From a virus (lineage: Duplodnaviria > Caudoviricetes), in IMG/VR virus record IMGVR_UViG_3300025120_000050, positions 1 to 60,331 of that record: a DNA stretch of 60,331 nt, one strand, 5' to 3'. This document shows, piece by piece, positions 46,431-55,400 of the stretch (position 1 is the stretch's first letter; every line of letters starts with the position of its first letter). The translations under genes were made by a program, and so were the position numbers. The notes below the pieces were generated by a model. That model made no database searches. It was not told the DNA's origin and worked only from the letters and a program-made list of their open reading frames with translations.

Positions 46431-46662
46431 AGGGTAATTTTGCAACTGATCTCTTTTTTCTACACTTATCAATGAAATTACGGGCACTAATTGAGTTTCT
46501 GCATTTTTTAACCTGTTTCCCTTGATGGATGACCACTAGACCCTTGCCACACGGGACAGCAGCATAAAAATGATTTATATCATCCCAATCACCAACTGTA
46601 AACCCTAAAGGTCCACATTTGGGGTCAAGTATGCTACTGTTAGTTGGTTGTTTGTTCTTCAT
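46426..46662 (-). CDS. Hypothetical early protein
   Basis: ORF track; ATGA overlap with the helicase. Confidence 0.7.
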   Translation of the reverse strand: MKNKQPTNSSILDPKCGPLGFTVGDWDDINHFYAAVPCGKGLVVIHQGKQVKKCRNSISARNFIDKCRKKRSVAKLPL

Positions 46663-47849
46663 CTACGAATCTCACTGATAGCGGGTTGACCTTGATTAAA
46701 CACAACATCAACAACTGCTTGAACTTTCTTGGCAGTGCTGATACCTACTCTGTCATAAGTGGGGATACAAACTAACCCAAACTTCTTCTCACTTCCACCT
46801 AGACGGATCACACGACCAATAGACTGACTGATACCAATGTAATCCATGTTACGCATGAAGATGACTGCCTCAAGTCCACTGACGTTAATACCCTCAGACA
46901 AAATAGAGTGGTGAAGAACAACAAATTTCTTGGTCTTGTCCTTGCCCCAAGTGTTCAAAGTGTCAAAGAATACGTCACGATTGACTTTCTTACCATCAAT
47001 GATTGCACCTGTCTTTGATGTGATTGTCATCCAAGAATAACCACGTTCAGCAAGTTGTTGGCAGAAATCTGAATGAGTAAAAAGATTGATGATTTGCTTT
47101 GTTGTACGAGCACAGATCAAAGTCTTGCTAATACTGTTGTCATCAATAGTCTCAAGCAGATTATCACAATCATCAGCAAACATTACCTTGCGACCTTTAA
47201 CCATAGGCAATTGCTTGACTACAACTTTAGGAGGGAGAATGTAACCCTGTTCAACCAACTCAGGAGCAGGAACATTGCACAGAACCTGACCATAAACACT
47301 CCAATTCATGCCTGGTTTGGTAGTAGCAAGGGAATGTTTGGGTGTTGCTGTAAAGAAATAACAACGATTTGCTTCATTAGCAAAGAACTCAGTAGCAGGA
47401 AAGAAGTGACGTTGAACACTGTTATGTGCCTCATCAAAATAGATGTTGTTCACCTCAATATCTGCTTCCATAACACGATGGAGAGAATGATAAGAGGTAA
47501 AGATGATAACATTCTCACCTACTGCACGTGCAGTATTAGCAAAGACATAAATGTCATCTGCTTTTGTTGTAGAATAGTGGTCTGTTTCACCACTATGAAC
47601 GTGCATCACATGTGTGTGAGTTGTATCAATCAACTCAAGGAACTCACTGCACAGTTGTTCTGCTAACAGAATACGTGGAGCAACAACAACAGTTGTCATT
47701 CCATTGTCAATATACTTACAATTCTCCACAACATCTTGAATCATACAGATAGTTTTACCACCACCTGTAGGCACAATAACTTGACCCTTATCATAGGCAA
47801 GCATACTATTAAGAATGCGTTTCTGATGAGGACGAAGAGTGATCATCAA
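46659..47849 (-). CDS. Superfamily 2 (DEAH, ResIII-like) helicase
   Basis: LRPHQ, PTGGGKT, DEAH, TATP, LSEGINV, QSIGRVIR. Confidence 0.92.
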   Translation of the reverse strand: MMITLRPHQKRILNSMLAYDKGQVIVPTGGGKTICMIQDVVENCKYIDNGMTTVVVAPRILLAEQLCSEFLELIDTTHTHVMHVHSGETDHYSTTKADDIYVFANTARAVGENVIIFTSYHSLHRVMEADIEVNNIYFDEAHNSVQRHFFPATEFFANEANRCYFFTATPKHSLATTKPGMNWSVYGQVLCNVPAPELVEQGYILPPKVVVKQLPMVKGRKVMFADDCDNLLETIDDNSISKTLICARTTKQIINLFTHSDFCQQLAERGYSWMTITSKTGAIIDGKKVNRDVFFDTLNTWGKDKTKKFVVLHHSILSEGINVSGLEAVIFMRNMDYIGISQSIGRVIRLGGSEKKFGLVCIPTYDRVGISTAKKVQAVVDVVFNQGQPAISEIRR

Positions 47850-47869
47850 TGTGTGACTTGTATGAATAC

Positions 47870-47914
47870 ATCATGACATAAAAAAAGACCCCTGTCAAGG
47901 GGTCGTGGACACTT
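47870..47914 (-). repeat. 45-bp direct repeat copy A (fused terminator/promoter)
   Basis: Minus: AAGTGTCCAC-GACCCC-TTGACA-GGGGTC-T7-ATGT-CATGAT; 44/45 identical to 48991-49035. Confidence 0.9.
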
Positions 47915-48927
47915 CAAATTTTGTCCAAAGAAATGATTGTTTTTTCTTTATTAAGCACTTGTGGGATAAATCCATCAAGTGTCAAAAAGTCATAAATTTC
48001 ATCATTTTCTTCAAAATCTGTTAATTGAACACTATTTGCTTCTTGAACAATAGACCTAATAGTTTGATTATATTTTACAAATTTGTTTACCATTTTATTC
48101 CTCTCTTTACTAGCATCTGCTGCTGAGGTACAGTTCAAGTATCCATATACTTTTGGATTTTTCCCATATTTGGTGCGATATTTCATGACATTGGACAACA
48201 TGGTTTCAAATGATGCTCCAGTTTTATTATTCAAAACTGCAACATGTTTAGTATCAATACCTGTTAATAGTTTTACTCTATTCTGTGCTTTTTTAGAATC
48301 AAATGATTCCATAGTTTTAGATGCGTTTTTTTGATCAAAAACTTTATCAACTATTTTTGTTTTGTTAGTATCAGTCAATGAGTTTTTAATACCATCAAAC
48401 CACTTAAAACACATTGCTCTTGTTACATCTTTTTTCCTATCAATATATTTACTCAAACGTGTTTCAAAGTCAGATGATGATGCTTTTTTGGAAGAAGCAT
48501 GATCATTACATCCCAATCCCAACTCATCTTTGAAATCTTCAATATCATATCCTTCAACAATATCACCAATGAGAAAAATAATTGAATTTTGTTCATTAAG
48601 TGAGTGAGCAGCATATCTGGTAAATCCTTCACCTAGAGGGAATTTATCATTCTCATTTTTTGCTCTTACTACAATGGGAGGAACTACAGATGTATCGATA
48701 CCTTTAGTCAAAAAACTTGACCTTAGATCATCTCTATTAATCTTATCAGTTCCTTGTGCTCTTGCATCATTAACCTCTTGTCCCTGTTCATTAGTATTGT
48801 CAACTTGAGACAATTCTAATTCAACAAATTCAAGATTAACAAATGTGCGAAACTTTGGAATTTTACAATTTCTAGCATATAAAGAAATTGGTGGTACACT
48901 GCACTTACTATCAAGTTTGTAAAACAT
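47914..48927 (-). CDS. Hypothetical protein, possibly with a ParB/Srx-like N-terminal domain
   Basis: LRSSFLTKGI..PPIVV..GEGFTRYAA resembles the ParB G-x-x-R motif; ATG 48927 preferred over TTG 48978. Confidence 0.6.
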   Translation of the reverse strand: MFYKLDSKCSVPPISLYARNCKIPKFRTFVNLEFVELELSQVDNTNEQGQEVNDARAQGTDKINRDDLRSSFLTKGIDTSVVPPIVVRAKNENDKFPLGEGFTRYAAHSLNEQNSIIFLIGDIVEGYDIEDFKDELGLGCNDHASSKKASSSDFETRLSKYIDRKKDVTRAMCFKWFDGIKNSLTDTNKTKIVDKVFDQKNASKTMESFDSKKAQNRVKLLTGIDTKHVAVLNNKTGASFETMLSNVMKYRTKYGKNPKVYGYLNCTSAADASKERNKMVNKFVKYNQTIRSIVQEANSVQLTDFEENDEIYDFLTLDGFIPQVLNKEKTIISLDKI

Positions 48928-48990
48928 TTTTTTGTTTTTTGTAAGGGAACAAATTGATTTGGAGACTAGGTCTCTCAACTCAACAAATAT

Positions 48991-49035
48991 ATCATGACAT
49001 AAAAAAAGACCCCTGTCAAGGGGTCATGGACACTT
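48991..49035 (-). repeat. 45-bp direct repeat copy B (fused terminator/promoter)
   Basis: Same as copy A with one substitution. Confidence 0.9.
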
Positions 49036-49044
49036 AAGAAATTG

Positions 49045-49218
49045 TCACCAACGATCTGGTGTGCTCAGATCTTCAACATAAGTATTAATATTTTCAGATC
49101 CTTGAATATCAAGAACTTTCTCCCAATCAATGTTATGTGGATTAAAATCTTCCATAACATCAAGTTCAAGAGTGATGCGAAACTTAGACTTTTGACCCTG
49201 TAAATAAGAAACTGGCAT
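49045..49218 (-). CDS. Hypothetical early protein (57 aa)
   Basis: MPVSYLQGQK..RITLELDVMEDFNPHNIDWEK; AGGAG RBS upstream. Confidence 0.75.
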   Translation of the reverse strand: MPVSYLQGQKSKFRITLELDVMEDFNPHNIDWEKVLDIQGSENINTYVEDLSTPDRW

Positions 49219-49242
49219 GGTTGATCTCCTGAGCACTCTGTA

Positions 49243-49301
49243 AATATACTCTATTAATAAAGAAGTGTCAAGATCTTAAAGTCAGTTCAAATACTGGCAC
49301 A
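49243..49301 (-). promoter_or_regulatory. Early promoter module
   Basis: TGTGCCAGT..AACTGAC, then TTGACA, 17 nt, TATATT. Confidence 0.7.
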
Positions 49302-49305
49302 TATC

Positions 49306-49983
49306 TTATTTAGAAATGTAACCTTCTTTGACTAGATACTCTCTAGTAAGTGGAGTTGGTTTATACACATTCCACATTTGACCAGCAGCACATGCAGAAA
49401 GTGCTTTCTCTGTCATACCCTCAGTACGTCCTGCCCAATATGCTTCTTTCTCCCAAGGAATTGCACCTGGTTGAAACTTATAAGTTTTTTTTACAATGTT
49501 TTGATACATAAGAGGAACTTGATCTTCAGGCAAAATAATAGCAATCAAACTGTTATCAATAGTTCCTGCCATACAATCTTGTGCTGCGTGCCATCCTTCA
49601 TGACGCATCACACTCATTAATGTACCAGGACGATTCATGAATGTTCTATTAAGATAGAAGTTATTACTTACTGTATGATAGACACCACGATGACCAACAG
49701 GGAAATACTTCTCATCTGCTAGAAACACCTTAACTCCGACCCTATTGAGAGAGGTGAGCATTCTGTTGAACTCATTAGAAACAGGATAATAACTAGCAGA
49801 GTTGGGGTAATTACTAGAAATATCAAGGAGAGTAGTGATTTCTTTGACATCATCCTTACACTCCTGAAGCAACATGCACCCCATTGAATGATTACTGTAA
49901 TATTCATCATCTTTGAGAGGATCTGCCATTACAGGAACAGATATCAAAGCAATAGATGCTATGACAGACAATAATTTTTTCAT
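49306..49983 (-). CDS. Signal-peptide-bearing HExxH metallopeptidase-like protein
   Basis: N-terminal MKKLLSVIASIALISVPVMA; MRHEGWHAAQDC and WEKEAY. Confidence 0.75.
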   Translation of the reverse strand: MKKLLSVIASIALISVPVMADPLKDDEYYSNHSMGCMLLQECKDDVKEITTLLDISSNYPNSASYYPVSNEFNRMLTSLNRVGVKVFLADEKYFPVGHRGVYHTVSNNFYLNRTFMNRPGTLMSVMRHEGWHAAQDCMAGTIDNSLIAIILPEDQVPLMYQNIVKKTYKFQPGAIPWEKEAYWAGRTEGMTEKALSACAAGQMWNVYKPTPLTREYLVKEGYISK

Positions 49984-50005
49984 TTTTCTTTCTTTTAACA
50001 GAATT

Positions 50006-50215
50006 TTACTTGAATCCTTTTACTTTGTCAAGTACATCAACATGAGACAAAAATTGACTGGGTGTCTGAAACCATCTTAATTGTACTTCTTCCCATGATT
50101 CATATTCTTCACCATTACCATTTGAAAATACAATTTTGTAGTTGTGTCTATCATATGGTTTTTCACATGATAATCTAAAATATCTTGAATCACTTGAATC
50201 AATACACTGTGTCAT
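50006..50215 (-). CDS. Hypothetical protein
   Basis: KPYDRHNYKIV..SWEE..WF..VDVLD..KGF. Confidence 0.75.
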   Translation of the reverse strand: MTQCIDSSDSRYFRLSCEKPYDRHNYKIVFSNGNGEEYESWEEVQLRWFQTPSQFLSHVDVLDKVKGFK

Positions 50216-50224
50216 TTTTATTCT

Positions 50225-50458
50225 TTAATTACGTTTAGTACACCAATAACCACCATTAGGTTTATCTGCACAAACATACACATTTGTGCCAGTATTGTTC
50301 CAGTGTCTAATTACTCCAGAAACAATAACCATATTAGTAGTGAGCAGACTGACAAATATGATACTGCGAATGATAGCAACATAATTGTCATAAGGTTTTG
50401 TTTTATCATCACTGAAACTCCCTAATGAATACTTCCATATCTGCCAAAGTTTTACCAT
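50225..50458 (-). CDS. Small membrane protein
   Basis: WKYSLGSFSD..D..VA.IRS..TN..IV.GV.RHW. Confidence 0.75.
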   Translation of the reverse strand: MVKLWQIWKYSLGSFSDDKTKPYDNYVAIIRSIIFVSLLTTNMVIVSGVIRHWNNTGTNVYVCADKPNGGYWCTKRN

Positions 50459-50681
50459 ATTTATTTTTTCTTGTATGAACGTATTCTAATTCATTCCATT
50501 GTGTTGGATAACATAATAAAAGTGTATGAATATATTTGTGTCTTTCGTTCTTGGTGTACTCACAATTGGGTTTTGGTTTTATACCAGTTTCAATTGTGAT
50601 ATATGAATTATCTACAAAATATACCCAACCTTTGTCTTTACCCCATATAACATAGTCATCAATCTGTGGTTTGTAACTCAT
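50409..50681 (-). CDS. Hypothetical protein
   Basis: Y.P..DDYVIW..GWVYF..YITIE..LLCY..W.EL.Y. Confidence 0.75.
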   Translation of the reverse strand: MSYKPQIDDYVIWGKDKGWVYFVDNSYITIETGIKPKPNCEYTKNERHKYIHTLLLCYPTQWNELEYVHTRKNKYGKTLADMEVFIREFQ

Positions 50682-50956
50682 AAAAATGCTGCCATCAATG
50701 GATTTAGCTTCAATTGCATGGCACTATATGGGGTAGTATTTTTTATATTAACTACTTTACCTGGTTTTTTGTGGTTGATGGGAGCAATATATTCGCTTGT
50801 TTTGTTATTGAAGAAACCCCAAATACTACTGGGATGCTTATCATCACCAAAAGTGAAGTCCATAGAACAATTTTTGATCCAAATTCTGGTGAGTCTGGTG
50901 TTGAATTCTTCAGTCCAGTATTCATAACCTTTGGGAGCAGTGTGAAAGTTTTTCAT
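50678..50956 (-). CDS. Hypothetical protein
   Basis: IWGF..APIN.KKPGK.V....TTPYSAMQL.LNPL. Confidence 0.75.
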   Translation of the reverse strand: MKNFHTAPKGYEYWTEEFNTRLTRIWIKNCSMDFTFGDDKHPSSIWGFFNNKTSEYIAPINHKKPGKVVNIKNTTPYSAMQLKLNPLMAAFL

Positions 50957-51099
50957 AATGGACGAACTTGACAGTTTTTACAACCTTCTTTTGATACAAT
51001 TTTTTCAAACCATACAGCATCTTCAATATTAAAAAATACTGCTGATTGTTTAGAAAATTTTGACTTCTTAGGTTTGTCGTAAGTTAGAAGAAATTTCAT
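50953..51099 (-). CDS. Small protein (48 aa)
   Basis: Start revised to MKFLLTYDKPKK. Confidence 0.65.
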   Translation of the reverse strand: MKFLLTYDKPKKSKFSKQSAVFFNIEDAVWFEKIVSKEGCKNCQVRPL

Positions 51100-51307
51100 T
51101 TTGAAACTCCATAATAATGTCTTCTTTAGAATGTCCAATATCCATCAGATACTTAACAAAGTAAGAGATATATTCTGATAGATTGACATCACAGTCAAAT
51201 GTTATCTCAGTTTTAGTGCTGTTGGTAGTCTGAGGAAACATAATGTCATAAGTTCCAAAGACAATTTCTTCTTTATAATAAGAAAAAGTAGATTTGCTAT
51301 TATTCAT
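51068..51307 (-). CDS. Hypothetical protein
   Basis: ORF track; ATGA overlap. Confidence 0.65.
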   Translation of the reverse strand: MNNSKSTFSYYKEEIVFGTYDIMFPQTTNSTKTEITFDCDVNLSEYISYFVKYLMDIGHSKEDIIMEFQNEISSNLRQT

Positions 51308-51537
51308 GTTACAAATTGAGTGACAACTTTACTAGGTACATCTTCATGTAAGGCAAATTTTTCTGCTTTACTAATATTCTGTCTTAATTTAGTATAGCAA
51401 CCTAAATTAAATTCGTTATCCTCAGATACAATCACATCAAAACATTGATTATCATCTTTGGCAATGACATTCCATACTCCTCCATATTCAGAATGGGGGA
51501 ATGGTACAAAGTGATCGATCACATACATGAATTTCAT
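51304..51537 (-). CDS. Hypothetical protein
   Basis: Y.IDHFVPFP.SEYGG.W.VIA. Confidence 0.75.
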   Translation of the reverse strand: MKFMYVIDHFVPFPHSEYGGVWNVIAKDDNQCFDVIVSEDNEFNLGCYTKLRQNISKAEKFALHEDVPSKVVTQFVT

Positions 51538-51566
51538 TTGATCAATAAATCTCCATAGTTTTTAAA

Positions 51567-51606
51567 ATAATAGCAGAAAAAGTCCCTAATGGCAAATTAG
51601 GACTTT
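51567..51606 (-). promoter_or_regulatory. Terminator hairpin with -35 in its loop, plus -10
   Basis: AAAGTCCTAAT-TTGCC-ATTAGGGACTTTTT; TTGCCA, 17 nt, TGcTATTAT. Confidence 0.7.
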
Positions 51607-51740
51607 AGTTTTCTAACCAAATATTCTGCCCAATCTTCTAACTTATCAGGATGAACTGATCTAATGTCTGAATCCTGCACTGCTTTGCGAATGGATTCTA
51701 TCTCCTCAATTTTTAATTTTTTATTCTTTTTCAGTGTCAT
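51597..51740 (-). CDS. Small protein (47 aa)
   Basis: Manual: MTLKKNKKLKIEEIESIRKAVQDSDIRSVHPDKLEDWAEYLVRKLKS. Confidence 0.6.
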   Translation of the reverse strand: MTLKKNKKLKIEEIESIRKAVQDSDIRSVHPDKLEDWAEYLVRKLKS

Positions 51741-52008
51741 AAGAGGAATTGTTTGGAGAGTCGTAATTGTGTAAACTTTTAATATTAGCAGGCACTACTA
51801 CATGATTCCAAGCACGTTTAGATGCTTTATCATATCCATCAATAAAAACAGGTAGAAAAGATTTTAATGCTTCAACACCATTACTAATCACAGTGGAATC
51901 ATTTTTTTCAATACCATCTTGTATGTATTCAACCATACCTTCAATGGCAACGATCTTGTTGAACTCTGTCTCAAGTTCACTCATTACTTCCCAAGTCTTA
52001 TTAGACAT
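51721..52008 (-). CDS. Hypothetical helical protein
   Basis: Start revised to MSNKTWE. Confidence 0.7.
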   Translation of the reverse strand: MSNKTWEVMSELETEFNKIVAIEGMVEYIQDGIEKNDSTVISNGVEALKSFLPVFIDGYDKASKRAWNHVVVPANIKSLHNYDSPNNSSYDTEKE

Positions 52009-52202
52009 TAGATAATCTCCCAATTTAAATCATTTTCTTTACTCATCCAAAAATGGTATCTCCCACTAATGGATGACAAAAACATCATGTTTTGATCTTC
52101 TTTCTCAAGTCTACATGAATGCAGTTGATCCATCAAGTTGTGGAATCTATTCTTTGCTTTGATACTCTTTGGTTTGACTGTAATGAATTTAGTTTTGTTC
52201 AT
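52008..52202 (-). CDS. Hypothetical protein
   Basis: V.PKS.KAKNRF.NLMD.LHSC..FLSSI..YHFW..D.NW. Confidence 0.75.
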   Translation of the reverse strand: MNKTKFITVKPKSIKAKNRFHNLMDQLHSCRLEKEDQNMMFLSSISGRYHFWMSKENDLNWEII

Positions 52203-52250
52203 AATGTACTTAGAATTAACGAGAAGATTCTCATCAAACCCTACAAGGCT

Positions 52251-52279
52251 AATTTAGGCGTGGAAGGGAGAAATGTCAA
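52251..52279 (-). promoter_or_regulatory. Sigma70-type promoter
   Basis: TTGACA, 17 nt, TAAATT. Confidence 0.65.
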
Positions 52280-52295
52280 TAGTATGTAAAGATAA

Positions 52296-52394
52296 TTAAC
52301 TAAGAGCACGAATTACTACATCAGTAATTCTTACACCCCAGTTCATCATCCAGACAAATGATGCAATAAAGATCAGTTTGTGTGTAGCAGTCAT
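52296..52394 (-). CDS. Small hydrophobic protein (32 aa)
   Basis: MTATHKLIFIASFVWMMNWGVRITDVVIRALS; GGAGG just upstream, downstream of a promoter. Confidence 0.65.
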   Translation of the reverse strand: MTATHKLIFIASFVWMMNWGVRITDVVIRALS

Positions 52395-52416
52395 CCTCCT
52401 CTGTATGTCTCCACAT

Positions 52417-52472
52417 ATTATAAGACCCCTCAGAGGACTTCTAAGGGGTTTGTGGACAGTTTGTGAGGTGTC
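52417..52472 (-). promoter_or_regulatory. Early promoter module with hairpin at the start of the early block
   Basis: AACTGTCCAC, 29 nt (containing an ACCCCT..AGGGGT hairpin), TATAAT. Confidence 0.75.
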
Positions 52473-52473
52473 T

Positions 52474-55400
52474 TTATCTAGCGTTAGATTGACCACCATA
52501 CAAATTGAATTCTGGTGCTTCTGCCCATGCACAGTAGATATAAGTTGATGCAGCATTATAATTGTCATTATTTCCTCCAGTAATCTTAAATCCATTTGAA
52601 AGGAAATCAAGATTATATCCAGAGTTATCTACATTTGCACCATCAGTGTTTAACTTTAATCTTCCATTTAATGGGTTTATAGTATCTCTCTTATTATCAT
52701 AAACAATCCAATTTCCTGTACCCAATCTCTTAATCCACAACAATGATGGACGAAAACCTAATTCTACAAATGGTCCGTCAGCAGCATCGCTATCATTATT
52801 TCCAGTATAAGATCCAAATTTCTGTAGTCCAGGTACATTGTGCCAGTGAAATGAAATGAAGTTTCTAGAAACTCTATTTACATTATTGTATCCAGATCCA
52901 ACAGTAAAAACTGATGATGTTGGATCAAAATCACCCCAAGGTCCAGTAGCATCTGTTATATCACCATCATCAAATTCAAGATATTTTAAATTTGGTTTAA
53001 CATTAGAAGCAGAATGATAAATTGTCCATGCTGTTGAACTATCTGTCAACTGTTTTATAATCATGAAATCAGGTTTTTGTGAGAGACCGTGAGGGATAGT
53101 CTTAGCAGATGAATTATTTGAACCAGCATACTTAATGATACTAAATCCTTGTTTTGTTCCAACAGATGCACCAGTTGCAGCAAGAGATGGAGAATTAGTA
53201 GGTGTTACTCCATTATCAATAAGGAGTTTATCATCAATTCTCCATCCATAGAGTATCATACCAGCAGCATTAACTGTGGTTTTGGTGATTGTTATGGAAG
53301 TAATAGGACCACTAAAAGGCACTGTAGTGACGTCACTAAACGCAGGGTCTACTGTTGCACATGGCGTTAAATTAAAGGTTGTGGTTCCATTAATAGTAAT
53401 TGTACCAGATGTACCTGAAGTGATTCCACCAAATAAACTAACACTTGAATTACATTGAACAGCTGGACTTAAGGTCAATCTGACAGATACAGCAGCAGAT
53501 CCATCACCATTACAATGTGTGTAATTAGTTAAGTCAGCATCAAACATAGCTGTTTTAGCTAAGAAATTTCCACTGTTTCCTGTAGTGGTAACATTATTAC
53601 TCCAAGTTTGAGTTTGATTATAAGAGGCACTATTCAGAGAACCAACACTCATATTAGCAGCAGCAGCACTTGCGTAACCTACATCATCAATATTAAAGGT
53701 GTTTTTATTTCCACCAGCTTTAAAATTATACGTTGTATAAGTTCTACTACCAGTAAACCAATTGGAATCAGATTCATATCCATTACCATTAACATTTGCA
53801 ATTGCTAATCCACTACCATCAGCATTTGTTGTATCTGACTTTAGTCCACCATTAAAACCACGCACAGAATCTGCCCAAATCCAATATTCACTATTAGATG
53901 TAGATTTTGCAATCGTAAGATCAGTTTTAAAATCTAAATCTGTAATTTTATATTGTGCCTGTAGACCTGATCTAACATCTACAAAATTAGTAGGACGTGT
54001 AATCACAGTCTCTGGTGTTACATTAGCAGCATTAAGTGGTTGGAAACCTTCTGGTGGTGCATACTTGAAGGGTTTTTGTCCAAAGTTAGAACTCCAACCA
54101 AAGTTTGCTCCACTACTATATGTTCCTACAGTAAATGTAAATTCTCCAGATAAACCAGTATATGCTATTCCTCTAGAAACTCCATTTTTATAAAATACCA
54201 GAGTGCCTTTATCTAAATTAAATGCTACACCAATTGTATCTCCTGTTGTATATGAACCTCCATAAGTAACAGTGGCATTACTATTAAATTTATTTCCAGC
54301 TTGATTATAAGAGTATCCTCCAGAATAGAATCCTATTCCATAAGCCAATAGTTGGTCTGTTTTTATAATTCCAATTTCATGATAATTTGAAGATCCAGTA
54401 ACTGTTCCTTCAAAATACCACTTACCAGAACTAAAAGCAATAGTTCCATCAACTCTTCCTTGACCTGAAGATGATGTATTGGCAGCATCTAAGTTTCCAT
54501 TAGTAAGAACAATATTAGTTTGAGGACTCTTATCAAGAGGATTTAAAGTGCAATAACGGGTCTCTTGTCCACGAACTGCATTTATATCAGTTGTGAATGG
54601 GTTGAAGTTATCTGCTGATACATTACCGTTTAATTTAATTCCAACTGGTGGACTATTTGTTGTCACACCATTACTTGTAACTTCTCCACCAAGAATAGGA
54701 GCACCTAAATCAGTTGGAGTATATCTAACACCAGCAACTTGACCACTAAATCTACCACTCTGTACATCACCAAATGTTATTGGACTTGTAGGGTCTCCAT
54801 CACTACTTGTTTGTTGTGCAACCAGAACACCATCAACAAATAATTTCAAATCTGATGTACTATTTGTTGTCATTCTAATATGATACCATCTTCCAATTTC
54901 AGCAACTACACCAGAATCTAAAACACCAAATGATCCAAAGACATTAAATTTTAGTGACCCGTCACTTGGAAAACCAAAACTGGTATCATTACCATTAGTT
55001 CCATTCCATCCAAGAATATATGGAGCAGATGTAGTTGCTGTTTCTAATCTAATATATCCATCAATAGTCCACGCAGATGCAGGTGTTACAGCATAGGATA
55101 GATATTTACCATCTTTAACAAAGTTGGCAGCATTTGTTATACCAAATTTGTTAGCATCAGCTGATAAAAAACTGGTAGAACCTCCATTTGCAGTTAGAGT
55201 GCGATTATTTCCAGAATCATCATTAATATCACTATTTACGGGCCACATGGCATAAGCAGTTCCTGTTACAGAGGGAATAACTGCTGTCTTTTGTGGTCCT
55301 TCACTATTTGACTGACAACACAGAAGTTTTGTATTGGTTACATTAGTCAGTGTTCTTGTTGGTGGATTAAATTCTGATGTATAAACAGAAGAACCATTTA

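Noticed and set aside
52395-52610. N-terminal extension of the 104-aa ORF 52296-52610
   Set aside because: Overlaps the fibre gene end and the promoter; the likely start is ATG 52394 with a GGAGG RBS.
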